This document shows, one piece after another, positions 56,955 to 64,000 of a DNA stretch of 64,000 nt. The notes below the pieces were generated by a model. That model made no database searches and was not told the origin of the DNA. It worked only from the letters and a program-made list of their open reading frames with translations. The translations under genes were made by a program, and so were the position numbers. Location of the stretch: IMG/VR virus record IMGVR_UViG_3300042350_004191, positions 146,587 through 210,586 of that record; one strand, written 5' to 3'. Every line of letters begins with the position of its first letter. The first letter of the stretch is position 1.

Positions 56955-57463
56955 AACAATTCTAAATCTTTCATTCCTACGATATAATTGACTGGATAGT
57001 TTGGTTTATATTGTTTAATTCTTTTATGTTTATCAAATTTCTCGCGGGTAATCTCACCTAAAACGTCTATTGTCCTGAAAGCATCTTCGTTTATTCTGAC
57101 CAATACATATTTTTTTGGAAACTTGGTTTCAAAGTGTTTTTTCTCAACCTTTAATTCAATATCATCAGATAGTCTTGTGGAAGCTTTAACTTCCACATCG
57201 TCCACATCAGAACCTGTATCTCTTACTTTATAGATGTTTTCGTCTATTTGCTTATCTGTTATTTTAGCATAAGCCATTTCACCTAATATTCCTAGAAAAT
57301 GTGCTTTGTGTGTTGGGTGTTTAACAAACAAATCTACTTTGGTTTTTTTGGTAAAATCACCTAGCCTTCTTTTATTTTTAAAAGACGAATGTTTTGCTTC
57401 GTGTCTTTTTTCTGCTAAGTCTCTAGCAAATAACAATTCTTGATCTGTGAATTTAACTTTCAT
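56951..57463 (-). CDS. PD-(D/E)XK nuclease-like protein
   Basis: GILGEMAY...DTGSDVDDVEVKAS. Confidence 0.55.
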   Translation of the reverse strand: MKVKFTDQELLFARDLAEKRHEAKHSSFKNKRRLGDFTKKTKVDLFVKHPTHKAHFLGILGEMAYAKITDKQIDENIYKVRDTGSDVDDVEVKASTRLSDDIELKVEKKHFETKFPKKYVLVRINEDAFRTIDVLGEITREKFDKHKRIKQYKPNYPVNYIVGMKDLELL

Positions 57464-57472
57464 ATTAAAAAG

Positions 57473-57556
57473 TGGGTAAGATAGGATTCGAACCTATTCA
57501 GCCGACAGGCAAAAGATTTACAGTCTTTCGTAACTCTCCAACTTTACCGCTTACCC
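57473..57556 (-). tRNA. tRNA-Tyr (GTA)
   Basis: GGGTAAG/CTTACCC, AAAGA-CTGTAAA-TCTTT, long variable arm, TTCGAAT. Confidence 0.93.
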
Positions 57557-57560
57557 AAAA

Positions 57561-57631
57561 CTGGCTCGCATAGACTCGAACTATGAATAAGAGATCCAAA
57601 TTCTCTGGTGTTACCATTACACTACGAGCCA
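57561..57631 (-). tRNA. tRNA-Gln (TTG)
   Basis: TGGCTCG/CGAGCCA, AGAGA-ATTTGGA-TCTCT, TTCGAGT. Confidence 0.9.
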
Positions 57632-57667
57632 TCATCTTTACTAATTTATCATTTAATCAGTAAAATA

Positions 57668-57856
57668 TCAATTTTTCTTTTTTCTGCTTTTAAGCCATGG
57701 TGTTTTAAACTTCATTGTCCAATCAATTACTGCTCTTGCAAAACCAATATCATATCCCGCTTTTTCGGATTCGTACCACTTATGTTTCATGATTTCTTCT
57801 TTCATTGCTATGAATTCTTTGTATAAAGAAGTATTTGCCACGTTCACTATATTCAT
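57668..57856 (-). CDS. Small DUF4032-like protein
   Basis: EEIMKHKWYESEKAGYDIGF..A..DW motif; start moved to MNIVNV. Confidence 0.7.
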   Translation of the reverse strand: MNIVNVANTSLYKEFIAMKEEIMKHKWYESEKAGYDIGFARAVIDWTMKFKTPWLKSRKKKN

Positions 57857-57866
57857 ATTTATCTTT

Positions 57867-58880
57867 TTAAATGTTTGTCTGATCACCAGAAAAAATAATA
57901 TCATTTGGTTTTAATCCATTAATATTTTGATTAACCAAATCTTTTTTAATAATATCTTTTAATTGATCAAAGGAACCTGCTTCCAATGATGTTTCATAAA
58001 AATTATTAATTCGAAATATTCCTACTTTTTCAAATACATCACATTTGTTGATGATTACTTTGGTCGCACCTGAAAGATTTACAGCCTTATTTAATCTTCC
58101 AAAGTTTAACCAATTCACAAGTCTTTTTCTACCTGTGGTAGAACCAAACTCTTGACCAAGTTCAATTAATTGGTTGAGTTTTTCATCATTCCAAAGACAT
58201 TCTGGAAACAATGGATCGACACCACTTTTGGTATCATAAATTTTTGCTACACCGATAATGTCACGAATTTTCTTCGGTGAAAATCCAAGTGAACACGCAT
58301 TATGGGGAAATGTTTCAGAACTTGTTACATAAGGATAATTTCCATAGTTAACATCCAACCATATGCTTTGAGCACCTTCACAAAGAATTTTTCCTTCTAG
58401 TTTTCCATCCCAAAGAAAGTCTTTTAATGGATTAAAATTTGCTTTGCTAATCTGAATGCCAACACGATTTGCTTTGTCTGCATAACAAGGGGCAATACCC
58501 TGACCAGTAGTTCCAAGTTTAGGTTTCAGATGTTTCAGATCATATTCGATATGTGCATCTGTGATCACATGAACATTTGGATGAACTTTTACCAAAGACG
58601 TATCAAAACCATTTTGTTTTAAGTATTCAATTTCTTTGAGAAATTTATCGACATTCAAAACACAGTTTGGACCGATAACAGATTTTTTTCCGTGAAAAAC
58701 ACCAGAAGGAATCAGATGAGTTTTATATTTTTTCCCATCAAGATAAACAGTATGACCAGCATTTGGTCCACCATTCCAGCGACAGACCATATCATAGTCT
58801 TTCGCCATTGCGCTTGAAATTTTACCCTTGCCTTCATCCCCCCAAGCAAGACCGACAATTACATCAACATGTTTAATCAT
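57867..58880 (-). CDS. purA: Adenylosuccinate synthetase (short form)
   Basis: WGDEGKGKI, GGPNAGHT, GTTGQGI.P, EGAQ..LDV..G.YPYVTSS, TTGRKR. Confidence 0.95.
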   Translation of the reverse strand: MIKHVDVIVGLAWGDEGKGKISSAMAKDYDMVCRWNGGPNAGHTVYLDGKKYKTHLIPSGVFHGKKSVIGPNCVLNVDKFLKEIEYLKQNGFDTSLVKVHPNVHVITDAHIEYDLKHLKPKLGTTGQGIAPCYADKANRVGIQISKANFNPLKDFLWDGKLEGKILCEGAQSIWLDVNYGNYPYVTSSETFPHNACSLGFSPKKIRDIIGVAKIYDTKSGVDPLFPECLWNDEKLNQLIELGQEFGSTTGRKRLVNWLNFGRLNKAVNLSGATKVIINKCDVFEKVGIFRINNFYETSLEAGSFDQLKDIIKKDLVNQNINGLKPNDIIFSGDQTNI

Positions 58881-59145
58881 ATTCATTAAATTTAAACCAA
58901 GCATACACCAAAATACTGCACATAATCAAACCTACAGTATAATTTAAAAACCACCAAAGACCAAAAGTGGTCAAGAACATATAAACCATTCCTGAAATAT
59001 AGCCACCAATAGACATTAAAATTAACATTAAAGAAACATCTTTAGATGATTTATTTTTGAATATTTTTACGATTTGTGGAATATAACAAAGCATAAAAAA
59101 CAGCATCATCAATATTCCGAAGAATTCTGCTAAAATAGTTTTCAT
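58873..59145 (-). CDS. SemiSWEET / PQ-loop family transporter
   Basis: 90 aa, three hydrophobic helices, YIPQIVKIFKNKSSKDVS. Confidence 0.85.
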   Translation of the reverse strand: MKTILAEFFGILMMLFFMLCYIPQIVKIFKNKSSKDVSLMLILMSIGGYISGMVYMFLTTFGLWWFLNYTVGLIMCSILVYAWFKFNEYD

Positions 59146-59416
59146 TCTTGAGTTATAAAATCATTAGGAACCCAAAGAGTTTGTGGAATATTATCACAAT
59201 AGTAACAGATATAACTCTGGGATTCTGCTACATCTAAAATAGAATGAAGTTGAATTTTAGTTCCATCTGGAAAATTACAAAACTTATTAATTACTGTATT
59301 CATACATTACCATAATACATTAAAAATATAAGATGTAAAGAAAATTTTTACAACTTAATTAACTAATGTCACTAAAATTTGACGATTGACATTAGTTAAT
59401 CTTTGCCAAAAATTTA

Positions 59417-59980
59417 TTATTTTTGGCGTTGGTTAATAGGTTGATAAATTTTTAATTTTTTTAATCTTTTTATAACTGCAACATCAGAAGCACCAACTAT
59501 TTTTCCTATTTTAAGATTACTTAATTTTTGAATTACGTGTAAATCATATAAATCAAAATTATCCCATTCGATTTGAGATTTTCTTTTTGCGGCACAAGTT
59601 TTTGAACAAGTTATAAGATAATTTGCTTTTTGCTTATTACAAATTGGACAATATGTTTTTCTTTTTCTTTTTTCTTTTAAATCTACAAATTTTGGAATAT
59701 TTTTTGGGATATTAGTTTTACCCGCATGATATTCTCTGTGACAGTTAGCACACAATAAAACACAATTTTCTAACTCTTTTAATAATAATTTCCATTGTTT
59801 AGGATTGGCTCTTATTCCACCAAAAGATAATGTTTTTTGTGAAGGATCAATATGATGTATATCAAAAGCTTCTTCACATTTATCATAACCACATATACAA
59901 CACTTTCCACCAAATCCCTCAACAATTAAATTTTTAGTATCTTTTCTCCAAGCCTTAACACGATCTGCATTTATACTCAT
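59417..59980 (-). mobile_element. Free-standing HNH endonuclease with zinc fingers
   Basis: CCIC, HHIDP...NCVLLCANCHREYH, CPIC...CSKTC, C-terminal HTH-like end; directly downstream of tRNA-Asn. Confidence 0.85.
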
Positions 59981-60039
59981 ATATAATACTTACATATTAT
60001 ATGTAACATTTTATATAAAGGTTTAGATATTCGTAAAAG

Positions 60040-60113
60040 CTCCTTGGGCTGGATTCGAACCAGCATGATGAACAAATTAACAGTTTGTTGGCTTACCGTT
60101 AGCCCACCAAGGA
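60040..60113 (-). tRNA. tRNA-Asn (GTT)
   Basis: TCCTTGG/CCAAGGA, ACAAA-CTGTTAA-TTTGT, TTCGAAT. Confidence 0.93.
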
Positions 60114-60119
60114 ATTAAA

Positions 60120-60815
60120 TTTTCGGCTGTTTTTATCCGCCATCATTTTCTTATCCAGAATCAAGCGGGACTCCCTATCTTTTCAGACGAGTCAACTGAC
60201 GCACACCGTATGCGAGTCATGGCAACTATCCCCCTTATTGCTGTAACGAACAGCTTCTATTCATCAGTGGGTTCTGACTAGAATCTCGTTAGGATTCTCG
60301 GATTAATTATGAGACGGAAGATCGTGAGGAAGTGGCACTTTAGGCTATGTGCCTAACGCCGAACCAACAGCCGAAGCACCGCATCTTCACCCTTTCGGTT
60401 AACACGGTTTGTATTTCTACAACGTCTCAAAAATTGGTGTTTTTGTCGCAAACGGGACCAGACTGATGATTAAGTTGCGCCTTAATCGGCTGGCTTCTGG
60501 TTGGCAATATGCCAACATCAGAAAAACACAGAACCCTTATACAAGGGTTTTAGGTACTATCGACCTTTGGCTTTTTCCTTACCCAGAACCTACACTCTTC
60601 TTTTTTGACTCTCATTAGTAGTCTTATTCACTGTGGAACTCTATATGTCTGCCAGAACACGGACACGTATCCGTTACATAGAGAGGTAGAGTTGCATACC
60701 TTTTTATAAACCAATCCATTTATTACAGAGTTGTTAATTGGTTAGATCTTTCTCTGACCTGACGGGTTTCTCGGCAGGGTTTGTTTGATGTCGGCTAATC
60801 ACCCCGACACCAAAG
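60120..60815 (-). ncRNA. Large (~700 nt) ornate structured ncRNA, GOLLD/ROOL-class candidate
   Basis: GC-richer, no credible ORF, many hairpins and long-range complementary pairs, promoter plus boxA upstream, tRNA 6 nt downstream. Confidence 0.8.
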
Positions 60816-60822
60816 ATTAAAA

Positions 60823-60868
60823 TTTTCAAAGAACTAATATATCTTATCAGAAACTGAAAAAGAGTCAA
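60823..60868 (-). promoter_or_regulatory. sigma70-type promoter plus boxA-like element for the ncRNA-tRNA transcript
   Basis: TTGACT (60863-60868), TGnTAAGAT (-10 at 60841-60846), GTTCTTTGAAAA (60823-60834). Confidence 0.7.
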
Positions 60869-60916
60869 TAAATATTATCGGTGAAATATTATTTTTTAGC
60901 TTTTTTCTTTTGGTAT

Positions 60917-61141
60917 TTATTGTTTAGACTTTTCTTTTAACTTTTGATATTCTTCGTAATACCAATCTCTCTGATCTACTAGTTCCCAAAAATCTTTCAT
61001 ATTTAACTCTACAAGCTTTTCACACATTGTAAGTTCTTTTCTTAAATCAAGGTTAACCTTCTTGTACAATTCTAAATCCTCTTTAAGACGTTCATAGTCT
61101 TTAAGAATAAAGTCTTTATATTGTTCATCGATCATACCCAT
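60917..61141 (-). CDS. Coiled-coil hypothetical protein
   Basis: 74 aa, heptad pattern. Confidence 0.6.
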   Translation of the reverse strand: MGMIDEQYKDFILKDYERLKEDLELYKKVNLDLRKELTMCEKLVELNMKDFWELVDQRDWYYEEYQKLKEKSKQ

Positions 61142-61142
61142 A

Positions 61143-61472
61143 CTATTCTTTAATTAATTCTGATCCAATATCTTTTAGACAAAGACGAGCTTTGTGTGCA
61201 GATGCATAAAACCCATCTTCGTCGGACATATAAAGTTCATTTTTAATTTCAAAACATTGCCAAATATTATAAAGAGTTTCTTCCATTTTTTTAACCATTA
61301 TCGCTAAATCTTCATTAGCTACCTTTAAAACGTGATTGTGAAGTTTTAAAGAATCAGAATTATCCAATTCTTTATATGGTTCATTAAGAGCCGTATTTAA
61401 AGGAACAACCCTACCAACAACTAAATCATTCATCGCATTTTCAAAAGATTCTGGAATATTATTTTCTTTCAT
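61143..61472 (-). CDS. Hypothetical protein
   Basis: Probable start MKENNIP overlapping the upstream stop. Confidence 0.55.
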   Translation of the reverse strand: MKENNIPESFENAMNDLVVGRVVPLNTALNEPYKELDNSDSLKLHNHVLKVANEDLAIMVKKMEETLYNIWQCFEIKNELYMSDEDGFYASAHKARLCLKDIGSELIKE

Positions 61473-61713
61473 AATTTGCAGGATATTGTGCGGGTAAACC
61501 AGCAATTTCAAACATTTTGGCACATGCAATTTGTGAGTCGTATCGGTTTTTAGTTTTGTAGAATTTTTTAATAGCTTCGATTAAAAGTTTATTTTCTTGC
61601 TCAAGAAGACGCAATCTGTCTTCGAGATTAGCCATCTCATCAAAGATATTGATTTTTCCTTGTTGCCATCTTTCAACAGCTTCTTGTGTAATTGGATTTT
61701 TTTCAGATTTCAT
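61459..61713 (-). CDS. Hypothetical protein
   Basis: 84-aa ORF, coiled coil. Confidence 0.6.
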   Translation of the reverse strand: MKSEKNPITQEAVERWQQGKINIFDEMANLEDRLRLLEQENKLLIEAIKKFYKTKNRYDSQIACAKMFEIAGLPAQYPANYERK

Positions 61714-62092
61714 TTTTATCGACCTTTTCTAATAACATTCTATCTGCAATTTTATAAACTTCAAAAAAATCTTTTTTCTCATCTTCTTCAATATAAAGCA
61801 ATCTATCTCCTACTGATTCGAGGTTTGTGCAATTTTCTTTAGAACAATATTTCAAAAATGCTATAACATAATGAGTTTCTTTGTTTTCAAAACAATTTTT
61901 ACTAATAGAACAATTATTATGATAGATAGCATCGCCCCGATCTTCCCAACCATCTTTAAGATAATTTTCTAGCTCTCCATAATATCTGTTAGGATGATAC
62001 TTTACAATAGAGCATTCATACTTCGCAACCTTGGAAGTTTTGCCAATATATGCTACAGACTCTGTACCAATGTTATTGATTCGAACTTTCAT
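61703..62092 (-). CDS. Hypothetical protein
   Basis: 129-aa ORF. Confidence 0.65.
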   Translation of the reverse strand: MKVRINNIGTESVAYIGKTSKVAKYECSIVKYHPNRYYGELENYLKDGWEDRGDAIYHNNCSISKNCFENKETHYVIAFLKYCSKENCTNLESVGDRLLYIEEDEKKDFFEVYKIADRMLLEKVDKNEI

Positions 62093-62204
62093 CTTTTTTA
62101 TCTTCTGGTGTAAAAATAGGTTCTAAACTTTTGATAAGTTCATTAAGTTCAGTAATTGTTAGTTTACTGATTTCTTCCATAATTTGTTTTAATTTATCGC
62201 TCAT
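62073..62204 (-). CDS. 43-aa protein resembling only the N-terminal dimerisation domain of ribosomal protein bL12 (not in ORF track)
   Basis: MSDKLKQIMEEISKLTITELNELIKSLEPIFTPEDKKDESSNQ; ATGA overlap with the upstream gene. Confidence 0.7.
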   Translation of the reverse strand: MSDKLKQIMEEISKLTITELNELIKSLEPIFTPEDKKDESSNQ

Positions 62205-62500
62205 GTTGTTATTTCATTATACAAAGATTCTATGTTGTGGCAAATTTCTTTTCCTTCTTTGTCCCAAGCTTTCATATCTTCTCTACCGTCTTTTTCGTAG
62301 ATATACCAATTAATCCATTCTACTCCTTCTTTACCAAACGCTTCGACCATCAAAGGATGCACTACTTTTCTGTAATAATCCTCATTAAAGGATAACAAAT
62401 CCACTCCATGTTTATAAATTTCATGAGTCTTGTTATTTTGATTCTGAATACCTTCAATCAAAGTTTTAAATTTGTCTAGAGTCATAATCAAATTTCCCAA
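62201..62500 (-). CDS. Hypothetical protein
   Basis: 99 aa, EWINWYIYE motif. Confidence 0.65.
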   Translation of the reverse strand: MGNLIMTLDKFKTLIEGIQNQNNKTHEIYKHGVDLLSFNEDYYRKVVHPLMVEAFGKEGVEWINWYIYEKDGREDMKAWDKEGKEICHNIESLYNEITT

Positions 62501-62748
62501 ATTGTCCAGCTTACACTATCTCCACATTGATCGCAAGGTTCTTTTTCATATTTGTAATCATTATATTCAAACATTTCAACCACATCCAGTAATTGAATTT
62601 CACGATTATCAAACATCTCCCTTATTCTTTCAATAAGATAATCAAAGATTGCATATTCTTTTTCTCTTGGAATATCAGCAACGGATTCACCATCAACAGT
62701 GAAATCATAAGCCGTACAACCTTCTGTTTTTAAAAACTTATGTTTCAT
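62488..62748 (-). CDS. Hypothetical protein with C-terminal CxxC
   Basis: EPCDQCGD. Confidence 0.65.
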   Translation of the reverse strand: MKHKFLKTEGCTAYDFTVDGESVADIPREKEYAIFDYLIERIREMFDNREIQLLDVVEMFEYNDYKYEKEPCDQCGDSVSWTIWEI

Positions 62749-62935
62749 GAATTATAGTTTTAACTTTATCATTATGTTGCAATCTTGCTACATGTTTGGA
62801 CGCTTCTTCGAATGTATTAAAGTCGGCAGGGAAATAATGACAACCAGCATCAACCCAAAACAGTCCAAACATCTTCCATTGAACTTGGAATCTCGACCCA
62901 TCGTAATATTGATATTCTTTAATTCTGTATTTCAT
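62738..62935 (-). CDS. MKYRIKE-family small protein, copy 3
   Basis: Paralog of 63316-63516 and 62936-63160. Confidence 0.75.
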   Translation of the reverse strand: MKYRIKEYQYYDGSRFQVQWKMFGLFWVDAGCHYFPADFNTFEEASKHVARLQHNDKVKTIIHET

Positions 62936-63160
62936 TTATGATATATGGGAATGATACAATATCTGTTTAGAGCTATCAAGCTTTTTCTTGTTTAGTGCAT
63001 CTTTAAAGATTTCAATATGATCTCTGGCTCCTTTTAAATGAGGATATACTACTGGATCACTTTTTATTGTGGTCATATTTCTCCAGAAAAGGATTTTTTT
63101 ATACTGAGGGTAAAAGTAATGTTTACCCATCTTTATTTCTTCTTTAATTCTGTATTTCAT
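62936..63160 (-). CDS. MKYRIKE-family small protein, copy 2
   Basis: MKYRIKE...YPQYKKILFW. Confidence 0.7.
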   Translation of the reverse strand: MKYRIKEEIKMGKHYFYPQYKKILFWRNMTTIKSDPVVYPHLKGARDHIEIFKDALNKKKLDSSKQILYHSHIS

Positions 63161-63326
63161 TTGCTCCTAATTGTGCTAGTTCTGAAAGCTCATCCCATTT
63201 ACTGTTCTGTGACAGGTAGTCAATGAATTCACTTGTGCTGATCCATTTATTGTCTACAAGAATTTCTCTAGGGCGAACTTTGTAAATAGTATCTTTAATC
63301 TTTATAAAGGTATTATCAGATTTCAT
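63144..63326 (-). CDS. Hypothetical protein
   Basis: 60-aa ORF overlapping both neighbours. Confidence 0.55.
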   Translation of the reverse strand: MKSDNTFIKIKDTIYKVRPREILVDNKWISTSEFIDYLSQNSKWDELSELAQLGANEIQN

Positions 63327-63516
63327 GAACTATGGGTTTGGCATTTTTGTTATGTATAAGCATAGCAGCAAATTCAGATGCTTCAGTTAAAGTGTTAAAT
63401 TCTGGAACATATCCACCTAAAGATTCATAATCAACCCAAAAAAGACCAAATATCTTTTGTTGCACATAGTATTTTGGACCATTATACCAATTGTATTCTT
63501 TAATTCTGTATTTCAT
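63316..63516 (-). CDS. MKYRIKE-family small protein, copy 1
   Basis: MKYRIKEY...YVQQKIFGLFWVD...FNT..EAS. Confidence 0.75.
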   Translation of the reverse strand: MKYRIKEYNWYNGPKYYVQQKIFGLFWVDYESLGGYVPEFNTLTEASEFAAMLIHNKNAKPIVHEI

Positions 63517-63731
63517 TTTTTTCTTATTTTTTTCTTTAATGCTTTATCTAACCTCTCTTGTAATATTTTAGCTATTTTTAAATCTACAACTCTGATATAT
63601 CTTTCTCCTCTTCCCCAAGGTTCAATGCCATTAAAAGTATCATGAAGAAAACTTATTTTATCTAAATCAAATTTGTTCATTCTTCTAAGTATATCGGAAC
63701 CTTAAGGGCAAAGCAAGAATTAAATTAATTG

Positions 63732-63962
63732 TCATTCTTCGTTCTCTTCCACTACAATCGGCACATCAGTCCAATGCGGCTTTCCACATTCAAGGCATCG
63801 CACCCCTTGCTGAAGTGTGTCTTGATAGTATACTCCACCGCTATTGAGTTTACCCCCAACCGCCTTGCGAACCCAACGCAAACCAGCGAATACGCCGCCT
63901 GTGACGCAATAATGCTTACCCATGGTTACTGTATCTCCTGTAACAATGTAATCTTGACTCAT
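63732..63962 (-). CDS. Small zinc-ribbon-like hypothetical protein
   Basis: HYC...CLECG. Confidence 0.55.
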   Translation of the reverse strand: MSQDYIVTGDTVTMGKHYCVTGGVFAGLRWVRKAVGGKLNSGGVYYQDTLQQGVRCLECGKPHWTDVPIVVEENEE

Positions 63963-64000
63963 ATTATTTTATCCTCTTCCATCTAAATCCAAAGAATAAG

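Noticed and set aside
57867-58880. PurZ / 2-aminoadenine (Z-genome) system
   Set aside because: The P-loop reads GDEGKG with the PurA catalytic Asp, whereas PurZ has Ser there; no DatZ/MazZ-like gene is seen in this window.
59417-59980. IscB/Cas9-like RNA-guided nuclease
   Set aside because: Only 187 aa with no RuvC motifs; fits a simple HNH homing endonuclease.
60409-60618. 69-aa + strand ORF inside the large RNA
   Set aside because: Antisense to the surrounding transcription unit, no promoter or recognisable motif, and the sequence is better explained by RNA helices.
1-64000. Stop-codon reassignment (alternative genetic code)
   Set aside because: Long conserved genes are intact in the standard code, end in TAA, TAG or TGA at expected lengths, and no suppressor tRNA was found.

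Overview
A 64-kb, strongly AT-rich segment of a large T4-like (Tevenvirinae-distant) myophage genome; it is not cellular DNA. Layout: (1) 1-13.5 kb, + strand replication/recombination module: gp46 end, glycosyltransferase, family B polymerase, UvsX, gp41 helicase, DHH protein, gp32, divergent FolE2, gp45 clamp. (2) 13.5-33.5 kb, - strand tail/baseplate module: gp5-like spike with inserted M23-like and 3D-like domains, hub, gp3, terminase, gp53, tape measure, tube, sheath. (3) 33.5-45.3 kb: PhoH, gp14, exonuclease, DNA amino-methyltransferase, class II RNR, dUTPase, GMP reductase. (4) 45.3-64 kb accessory region: seven tRNAs, ThyX, PurA, SemiSWEET, an RNA-repair cluster, an HNH nuclease and many small ORFs. 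Most notable: two long, GC-richer, highly base-paired non-coding regions (~330 and ~700 nt), each behind a boxA-like element and directly upstream of a tRNA; an unannotated 43-aa ORF resembling only the N-terminal domain of ribosomal protein bL12; a tRNA-Ser with the rare ACU anticodon; and many sigma70-type promoters positioned to give leaderless mRNAs. All family calls come from motif recognition by eye; no database search was run.
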